Assembly (NCBI GenBank): GCA_016720565.1
Contig: JADKKJ010000001.1
Coordinates: forward strand, 744,929 to 808,928
Source: Chitinophagaceae bacterium
Lineage (GTDB): Bacteria > Bacteroidota > Bacteroidia > Chitinophagales > Chitinophagaceae
Direction: 5' to 3'
DNA: 64,000 nt
The translations under genes were made by a program, and so were the position numbers. Below, one piece after another: positions 10,499-17,352 of the stretch; the first letter of the stretch is position 1, and the number at the start of each line of letters is the position of its first letter. The notes beneath the pieces were generated by a model. It saw only the letters and a list, made by a program, of their open reading frames with translations. It was not told the DNA's origin and did no database searches.

Positions 10499-11167
10499 TT
10501 AGTGCTTCAGCTTGTCTTTAAATACTTTTCTGAATTTATCCAGTTTAGGCCTGATCACGATCCGGCAGTAAGGGTTGTTATTCTCATTGAGTTCAAAATA
10601 CTGCTGGTGATAATCTTCTGCAGGGTAAAACACGGTGAAGGGGGTGATCTCCGTCACGATAGGTTTTTCAAAAGCACCTGATTTATCCAGCTGCTCCTTA
10701 TACTTCTCTGCTTTTTCTTTTTGTTCTTTGTTATGGTAGAATATACCACTGCGATACTGGGTTCCAACATCCGCACCCTGCCTGTTCAATGTGGTAGGAT
10801 CATGCGTTTCCCAGAATACCGCAAGCAATTCATCAAAACTGATCTTGGAAGGATCATATACGATCTGCAGGCATTCTGCATGACCTGTTTCACCCGTACA
10901 CACTTCTTTATAAGTAGGATTCCTGGTCTGACCACCGGTATAACCTGAGGTAGCGCTGATCACTCCATCCAGCTCTTCAAAAATGGCTTCCGTGCACCAG
11001 AAGCATCCATTCGCAAATGTGGCGGTATCGGTATTCGCAGGTATTTCCTTGCTGGTTTGATTCAATTGGTCGGTCATGTTTATATTATTATTATAGGATT
11101 GGCCACAGGAAAATAATCCGGTGACGGCGCTTAAAAGGAGGGAATACAGAGGTATCATATTTTTCAT
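10499..11167 (-). CDS. msrA: Peptide-methionine (S)-S-oxide reductase MsrA with lipoprotein signal
   Basis: GCFWCTEA active site, [35 protein letters not shown]; N-terminal LFSC lipobox. Confidence 0.95.
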   Translation of the reverse strand: MKNMIPLYSLLLSAVTGLFSCGQSYNNNINMTDQLNQTSKEIPANTDTATFANGCFWCTEAIFEELDGVISATSGYTGGQTRNPTYKEVCTGETGHAECLQIVYDPSKISFDELLAVFWETHDPTTLNRQGADVGTQYRSGIFYHNKEQKEKAEKYKEQLDKSGAFEKPIVTEITPFTVFYPAEDYHQQYFELNENNNPYCRIVIRPKLDKFRKVFKDKLKH

Positions 11168-11245
11168 GATTTGCGAAGGTCAGCGATTTTTTTGGTGCTT
11201 TCTGCTTTTGAACTGCTAAAATCCGGCCTCCGCGGATAATTCAGT

Positions 11246-11259
11246 ATTTGTTAACAAAT
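11246..11259. promoter_or_regulatory. Perfect 14-bp palindrome ATTTGTTAACAAAT, candidate operator
   Basis: Reads identically on both strands and sits mid-way in the divergent msrA/mutS2 intergenic region. Confidence 0.4.
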
Positions 11260-11312
11260 GCGGAACAGAATAGTTTACTCTGTTAGTTACGTGAAAACAG
11301 GTGAATTGGTTT

Positions 11313-11320
11313 TAATTTTG
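11313..11320 (+). promoter_or_regulatory. Bacteroidota -7 promoter box (TAATTTTG) for mutS2
   Basis: Matches TAnnTTTG, 7 nt before the ATG. Confidence 0.6.
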
Positions 11321-11327
11321 CCGCCTG

Positions 11328-13442
11328 ATGAAGGTATACCCCGCTTCGGCCCCCGTACAATTGGAATTTGATAAAGTGAAAGAGCTGCTATTCGGCTATT
11401 GCCGTTCGGAATATGCCCGGGAGAGGTCCCGCGCCCTGCAGGCATTTATTCAATTGGAGGAGATACAATGGGCCCTGAGGCAATCCTATGAATACAAGAC
11501 CCTGCTTTCCTCCGGCCTCTATTTTCCAAATGATGAGCCCCTGAACCTTTCCCGTGAATTACAACTGCTGGCCATACCCGGCGCCGTTTTAAGCGGGGAA
11601 GAATTGTTGCACCTGAGAAGACTGGCTTCCTCCACCGACACGATTTTCCATTGGTTCAATGAAGAAAAAAAACAGGCATGGCCCGGTCTATATCTTGCGA
11701 TCTCCCATTCACGCTATGAAAAAAAGATCATTGCACTGATCGATGAAGTGATCGATGAACTTGGACAGGTTAAGGATACCGCCTCGGATGATCTCAGGAG
11801 TATCCGTCAAACCTTGTATCGCCGCAGAAATGAATTACGCAGGCTATTTGAAAAAGTAGTGGCCCGCCTGAACAAGCAGGGCTACCTGGCGGAGATAGAA
11901 GAGAGTTTTATGAATGGCCGTAAAGTGGTGGCCATTTTCGCGGAGCAAAAAAGAACGGTGAAGGGCATCCTGCATGGCGAAAGCGATAGCCGTAAGACCG
12001 CATTTATTGAACCGGAAGAAACCATTGACCTGAATAACCAGGTAGCTGAACTGGAAAATGAGGAGAGAAGGGAGGTCTACCGCATACTCAAACAACTTAC
12101 CGCCCGGCTTTCAGCATTTGCAGGACTGCTCAAAGAATGGCAGCAGATCTCCGGCGAATTCGACTTTATCAGGGCCAAGGCATTATTCGCTTTAGAGGTG
12201 AATGGGGAATTCCCTTTGGTATCTGACAAATCGTTTATACACCTGGTAAATGCCTGCCATCCTTTATTATACCTGTATAATAAAAAACAAGACAAACCCA
12301 CCATACCTGTCACTGTCTCACTGAGTGAAAAACAACGCATACTGATCATTAGTGGCCCCAATGCGGGGGGTAAGACGGTTACCATGAAAACGGTGGGACT
12401 TTTACAAATGATGGTGCAGAGTGGTTTGCTGGTTCCCGTGCATGCCTCTTCTGAATTCGGGATATTTAAACAGCTAATGATCCATATCGGTGATACCCAG
12501 AGCATAGAATTTGAATTAAGCACCTATAGCAGTCACCTGCTGCACATGAAATATTTCATGGAAAATGCCAGTGGCAGGACCCTGTTCTTTATAGATGAAT
12601 TGGGAAGCGGATCAGATCCCAGCCTGGGTGGCGCATTCGCGGAAGTGATCTTACAGGAGTTGGTGAAAAAACATGCGATAGGAATTGTGACCACCCATTA
12701 CCTGAATCTTAAATTAATGGCGGGGAAAACCTCGGGCATCCTGAATGGCGCTATGGGTTTTGATGAAAAGAACCTGCAGCCCCAGTATAAATTACTGCTG
12801 GGAAAACCAGGCAGTTCATACACCTTCTCAATAGCAGAACGGATTGGCCTTAAAAAAGAGCTGATAGACAGGGCCCGTTCCCTGGTGGATGCTGACCAGT
12901 TTCGCCTGGATAAATTATTGAACAGGACGGAGCAGGACCTCCAGGCCATCGATAAACGGAATGCAGAACTGCAGAAACAACTAAAGGAAAATGAAAAGCT
13001 GAAAAAAGAATTGCAGCAGGTACTTGAAAAAGAAAAACACCGGCAACAGGTAGAATTACTAAAAGAGCAGAACCGTGTGGCGGAGAATAAATGGGAATAC
13101 CTCAAGGATATGGAGCGAAAGCTTAAGCAGTTGCTGATTGAGTGGAAACGCGCAGAGAATGATCAGAAGAACAAACTGGTCAAACAAATGGAAGCGATGT
13201 TATTTAAAAAAGATGAGAAGAAGGTGGCCGGCAAAATGCAGAAAAAAATAGACGCCAGGTTCAAAGAGGTGGGAGGGGAGGTAAAATTGGGAGATACGGT
13301 GAAAATGAAAAAGAACCACCAGGTGGGAACGGTAATTGAACTAAGGTCAAAAAAAGCAGTAGTAAAAATAGGGCTGCTTCCCATGCAGGTGGATCTGAAA
13401 GATCTTATAGTTGTAAAAGAAAAGCCGGCGGAAAAAGGTTAA
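11328..13442 (+). CDS. mutS2: MutS2 family ATPase lacking the C-terminal Smr domain
   Basis: GPNAGGKT Walker A, IGDTQSIE..LSTYSSHL, IDELGSGSDP, TTHY, G.PGSSY; coiled coil, then ends at a KOW/SH3-like GDTVKMKK..VGTVIE module. Confidence 0.9.
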   Translation: MKVYPASAPVQLEFDKVKELLFGYCRSEYARERSRALQAFIQLEEIQWALRQSYEYKTLLSSGLYFPNDEPLNLSRELQLLAIPGAVLSGEELLHLRRLASSTDTIFHWFNEEKKQAWPGLYLAISHSRYEKKIIALIDEVIDELGQVKDTASDDLRSIRQTLYRRRNELRRLFEKVVARLNKQGYLAEIEESFMNGRKVVAIFAEQKRTVKGILHGESDSRKTAFIEPEETIDLNNQVAELENEERREVYRILKQLTARLSAFAGLLKEWQQISGEFDFIRAKALFALEVNGEFPLVSDKSFIHLVNACHPLLYLYNKKQDKPTIPVTVSLSEKQRILIISGPNAGGKTVTMKTVGLLQMMVQSGLLVPVHASSEFGIFKQLMIHIGDTQSIEFELSTYSSHLLHMKYFMENASGRTLFFIDELGSGSDPSLGGAFAEVILQELVKKHAIGIVTTHYLNLKLMAGKTSGILNGAMGFDEKNLQPQYKLLLGKPGSSYTFSIAERIGLKKELIDRARSLVDADQFRLDKLLNRTEQDLQAIDKRNAELQKQLKENEKLKKELQQVLEKEKHRQQVELLKEQNRVAENKWEYLKDMERKLKQLLIEWKRAENDQKNKLVKQMEAMLFKKDEKKVAGKMQKKIDARFKEVGGEVKLGDTVKMKKNHQVGTVIELRSKKAVVKIGLLPMQVDLKDLIVVKEKPAEKG

Positions 13443-13867
13443 CTGCTGATATAGGTTTGTAATTGCTGGATCGTATCGCGCTGGGTACTGATCATGCCTT
13501 TTACCACATCACTCATAGAGATCAGTCCAACAAGCTCATTATTCTCAAACACGGGCATATAGCGGATATGTTTATCAGACATCAGTTCCATGCAATGTTC
13601 GGTGCTATCCGAAGGAGCGAGGCGCGGAAGTTGGGTGGTCATTATCTCTTCAACAGGGGTAGTAGTGGAATTCTTTCCTTTCAGCACCACCTTCCGTGAA
13701 TAATCCCTTTCAGTGATGATACCCATGTAACGGTTTCCTTCCATCACTACCAGCGCGCCGATATTTTTTTCCGCCATAGATTCCAGCGCATTTATAACCG
13801 GTGCTTTTGGATCAATGGTCACAAGAAATAATGATTTTCGGGCAAGCAATTGGGCAACCGTATTCAT
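13439..13867 (-). CDS. Tandem CBS domain protein
   Basis: ALESMAEKNIGALVV..GIITERDY and HIRYMPV..LVGLISMSDVV; one CBS pair, 142 aa. Confidence 0.92.
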   Translation of the reverse strand: MNTVAQLLARKSLFLVTIDPKAPVINALESMAEKNIGALVVMEGNRYMGIITERDYSRKVVLKGKNSTTTPVEEIMTTQLPRLAPSDSTEHCMELMSDKHIRYMPVFENNELVGLISMSDVVKGMISTQRDTIQQLQTYISS

Positions 13868-14081
13868 AGTTAAAATTTGTATTTCAATTTAGGTAAAAAA
13901 TCCCGGTTTTCACAAACGGATTTTTCGCTTAATAGGGACATCCGGGTGTCATATTTGAAGAAATGCTTACCTGTATTGTACTGATCCCGCTCACCAGGCT
14001 GTGATAGGGCAGTTCTGAACTATGAGGGAAAGGGTTTAATCATTAATTTTAAATGCTCCCTGACCTTAAACCAGCAATTGT

Positions 14082-14384
14082 ATGAGTTCCTATGTTACCC
14101 TTTCAGAAACCATGAATGACCTGCGAAAGCAGGGATATAACGAAGATTTCAACCTGCGCCAAAGTTGCCTTGAATGCGGGGAAAAAATGCTGAGTTTATC
14201 AGCCGATGATTTTAAGGTAGACCAGTTTTTCCGGTTCGAAGGAGAAACTGACCCATCCGATGAATCCATACTATATGCGATTTCCTCCGAGCGATTCGGG
14301 ATCAAAGGTTTACTGGTAAATGGTTATGGGATATATAGTGAATCGCTTACCGATGATATGGTTGCCCGGTTGAAAACGCATTGA
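14082..14384 (+). CDS. Small conserved Bacteroidota protein of unknown function (often mislabelled phosphoribosylpyrophosphate synthetase)
   Basis: YVTLSETMNDLRKQGYNEDF..FFRFEGETDPSDESILYAISS..KGLLVNGYG is a recognisable family signature; only 100 aa. Confidence 0.75.
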   Translation: MSSYVTLSETMNDLRKQGYNEDFNLRQSCLECGEKMLSLSADDFKVDQFFRFEGETDPSDESILYAISSERFGIKGLLVNGYGIYSESLTDDMVARLKTH

Positions 14385-14442
14385 TCTGGGTTCAGGCTCC
14401 TATCGAAAAAAGCCTGGAAGGAAAACCGGTAGAACTGCATTC

Positions 14443-14487
14443 AAAAAAAATAAAAAGGCCAAACAGGTATTACCCGGTTTGGCCTTT
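14443..14487 (-). terminator. Rho-independent terminator after tRNA-Ser
   Basis: Stem AAAGGCCAAAC/GTTTGGCCTTT followed on the minus strand by a long T tract. Confidence 0.8.
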
Positions 14488-14490
14488 AGG

Positions 14491-14575
14491 CGGAGAGAGA
14501 GGGATTCGAACCCCCGGACCTGTGACAGTCAACGGTTTTCAAGACCGCCGCATTAGACCGCTCTGCCATCTCTCC
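14491..14575 (-). tRNA. tRNA-Ser(TGA)
   Basis: Reverse complement GGAGAGATGGCAGAGCGGTCTAATGCGGCGGTCTTGAAAACCGTT..GGGGGTTCGAATCCCTCTCTCTCCG; long variable arm, G73 discriminator, CCA not encoded. Confidence 0.97.
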
Positions 14576-14579
14576 GCGG

Positions 14580-14587
14580 CAAATTTA
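14580..14587 (-). promoter_or_regulatory. -7 promoter box (TAAATTTG) for tRNA-Ser
   Basis: Consensus match ending 4 nt upstream of the mature tRNA 5' end. Confidence 0.6.
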
Positions 14588-14724
14588 ACCTTCGGCTTGC
14601 TTGCGAAAAAATTTTTATAACATTTTATCACAGAAATAAGTAGGTTTTTTTTCGAAGCGGGCTTATTGGTTTTTTTTCATGCCCGAATCCTTGGTCAACG
14701 GTTAACTTTGCCACAATTTTTTAC

Positions 14725-16560
14725 ATGAACCAGCTGGGCGCTCTAAATAAATATTTCTGGAAATACAGAAGCAGGCTGGGCTTAGGTATTCTCTTTGTTA
14801 CGTTATCCAACTATTTCAACGTTCTTTCCCCCCAGGTCACCGGTTTTGTGATCGATTTTGTACAACGATCCCTGCATTTACCCGGTTATAAACCGGCTTC
14901 CCATCCCCCCGATTACGATGGACTGGTGAATAAATTCATCCAGAAAGTGGAAGGGCAATCATACAGTCTTGGAAAAGTGGTGGCTATTTGCGGGGTGTCT
15001 ATTCTGATACTGGCACTTTTAAGGGGTTTTTTTCTGTTCCTGATGAGGCAAACTATTATTGTGATGAGCCGCTTCATTGAGTATGACCAGAAGAACGAGA
15101 TCTACCTGCATTACCAGAAACTCGATACGGCTTTTTATAAAAGGAACAGTACGGGCGATCTGATGAACCGGATCGCTGAAGATGTAAGCAGGGTAAGGAT
15201 GTTCACCGGGCCGGCAATCATGTACCTGGTCAACCTGGTGGCCATTATTTCCCTCAGCGTTTACTTCATGCTGAAGCGGGAAGCGGAACTTACCTTATAT
15301 GTGCTGGCACCGTTACCGATCTTAGCCATTACCATTTATTTTGTCAATAATACCATCAACCGCAAAAGTGAGCGGATACAGCGCTCCCTCAGCGATCTTA
15401 CTACCAATGCCCAGGAGACCTATTCCGGTATACGCGTCATTAAATCCTTTGTGCAGGAAAAGGCCATGCTTGGTTTTTTTACCCGCAACAGCGAAGAATA
15501 TAAAGCAAATGCCATTGGTCTGGCCAGGGTGGAGGCCATCTATTTTCCTTCCATCACTTTCCTTATCGGACTGAGCACGCTGCTTACCATTATGATAGGT
15601 GGGCTATATTATATTAAAGGGGGCCACGACATCAATGTGAATACCATCGTTGAGTTTGTGATGTACATTAATATGCTCACATTTCCGGTCTCGGCAATCG
15701 GACTTACTGCCAGTATGATACAAAGGGCCGCCGCTTCCCAGAAAAGGATCAACGAATTCCTGCGAACAGCGCCTGCAATTAAGCAGGATGATAAGGCAGA
15801 AAATATCCAGTTGAAGGGAAACATAAAATTCAATGCGGTCGATTTTATTTATCCGCATACGGGTATACAGGCTTTAAAGGATTTTGACCTGGAGATTAAG
15901 GCAGGCCAGAAGATCGCGATTGTGGGCCGAACAGGAAGCGGAAAATCGACCATCGCTCAGCTGCTCTTAAGAATGTATGATGTTACCTCCGGAAACATTA
16001 CAATCGAAGGAAAAGATATCCGGGAGATCGGTGTTGATACATTAAGGGAACAGATCGGTTATGTTCCGCAGGATGTTTTCCTTTTCAGTGATACGGTGGC
16101 GGGCAATATAGCCTTTGGTAAGGACCAGGTATTGGAGGAGGAGATTCGAAGGGCTGCAGGGCAGGCCAGTGTGGCTGAAGAGATAATCGGGTTTTCACAT
16201 CAGTATGATACCATGATAGGGGAGAGAGGGGTAACCCTGAGCGGAGGGCAGAAACAACGGATCTCCATTGCAAGGGCTTTATTGAAAAATTCTTCGCTGG
16301 TCATTTTTGATGATTGTCTCAGCGCCGTTGATTCCAGGACAGAGAAAAAAATACTCGGGCAGCTGAATGATTTTTTAAAGGATCGGACTGCCATCATCAT
16401 TACACACCGCATATTTTCATTGCTGGATTTTGATAAAATTGTGGTGCTGGAGGATGGACTGATCACTGAGCAGGGAACCCACCAGGAACTGATGAAAAAG
16501 CAGGGTTATTATGCTTCGCTTTATGCAAGGCAACAGCAGCAGGATCAGCCGGAAGGGTAG
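14725..16560 (+). CDS. ABC exporter half-transporter (TMD+NBD), MdlA/BmrC-like
   Basis: N-terminal TM domain; GRTGSGKST, LSGGQKQR, Walker B VIFDDCLSAVD. A TAACTTTG promoter box lies at 14703-14710. Confidence 0.92.
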   Translation: MNQLGALNKYFWKYRSRLGLGILFVTLSNYFNVLSPQVTGFVIDFVQRSLHLPGYKPASHPPDYDGLVNKFIQKVEGQSYSLGKVVAICGVSILILALLRGFFLFLMRQTIIVMSRFIEYDQKNEIYLHYQKLDTAFYKRNSTGDLMNRIAEDVSRVRMFTGPAIMYLVNLVAIISLSVYFMLKREAELTLYVLAPLPILAITIYFVNNTINRKSERIQRSLSDLTTNAQETYSGIRVIKSFVQEKAMLGFFTRNSEEYKANAIGLARVEAIYFPSITFLIGLSTLLTIMIGGLYYIKGGHDINVNTIVEFVMYINMLTFPVSAIGLTASMIQRAAASQKRINEFLRTAPAIKQDDKAENIQLKGNIKFNAVDFIYPHTGIQALKDFDLEIKAGQKIAIVGRTGSGKSTIAQLLLRMYDVTSGNITIEGKDIREIGVDTLREQIGYVPQDVFLFSDTVAGNIAFGKDQVLEEEIRRAAGQASVAEEIIGFSHQYDTMIGERGVTLSGGQKQRISIARALLKNSSLVIFDDCLSAVDSRTEKKILGQLNDFLKDRTAIIITHRIFSLLDFDKIVVLEDGLITEQGTHQELMKKQGYYASLYARQQQQDQPEG

Positions 16561-16666
16561 GCCTTCCGGATTATGTTCAAAGCCGATTTGGCTGATTCAA
16601 AAACATCTCTATATTTGTGAAATACTGATACCAAACTAATTCCTTAACTGCTAAAATCTTATAAAA

Positions 16667-17110
16667 GTGGCGTACGAGAATAATGAAAAGAAGGCGGAGA
16701 GTATTTACAGCAAACGGATTCGCGCCGGGAAAAGAAGGACCTATTTTTTTGATGTAAGGGCAACCAGGGGTAATGATTATTATCTTACGATCACTGAAAG
16801 CAGGAAGCGATTTGATGATAATGGGTATGATCGCCATAAAGTATTTCTTTATAAAGAGGATTTCAACAAATTTATCCGCGCCCTGGGTGAGGCCGTTGAT
16901 TACGTAAAGACGGAATTAATGCCAGATTTTGATTTCGATGCCTTCAATCATGATGAGTATAACGAGGAAAATGGGGCCGAAGGGGTACGAGAGGTCGATC
17001 AACCGGTAATGGAGACTAAATCAGAGGACCAGCCAGAACCTCAGGCAGAGATTGAAGTACTGCCTGCCAGTACGACGAACGAAACCCATGAAGATGTTGA
17101 TAAGTGGTGA
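16667..17110 (+). CDS. DUF3276 / PUR-family nucleic-acid-binding protein
   Basis: IYSKRIRAGKRRTYFFDVRATRGNDYYLTITESRK; GTG start; acidic tail. TATATTTG box at 16610-16617. Confidence 0.9.
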   Translation: MAYENNEKKAESIYSKRIRAGKRRTYFFDVRATRGNDYYLTITESRKRFDDNGYDRHKVFLYKEDFNKFIRALGEAVDYVKTELMPDFDFDAFNHDEYNEENGAEGVREVDQPVMETKSEDQPEPQAEIEVLPASTTNETHEDVDKW

Positions 17111-17154
17111 TTTTCAGCGTAGTATATTAAATAATTGTTAAAATATGGAATCTG

Positions 17155-17189
17155 CTCCGGCCAGCTTTTGCTGGCCGGAGTCTTTTATT
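17155..17189 (+). terminator. Rho-independent terminator
   Basis: 11-bp stem CTCCGGCCAGC-TTTT-GCTGGCCGGAG followed by TCTTTTATT. Confidence 0.8.
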
Positions 17190-17352
17190 TTAGTTGACTT
17201 ATAAGCCAAAAAAACAAATCCACACCCTGTGTAAAGATTTAAAAGTCTATGCCTTAATGTTTTTTTTGGGAATTTCTAACAAACATTTATCTTTCGGGCT
17301 GATTTCGGTTTAGCCGGAATTCGGTTAACTCAATTCATCAAAATTATTATTT

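Noticed and set aside
13868-14575. Island integrated at tRNA-Ser
   Set aside because: No att-like repeat of the tRNA 3' end and no mobility genes; the tRNA is followed directly by its terminator.
14381-14620. 79-aa ORF in the track
   Set aside because: It runs antisense through tRNA-Ser and its terminator, so it is spurious.
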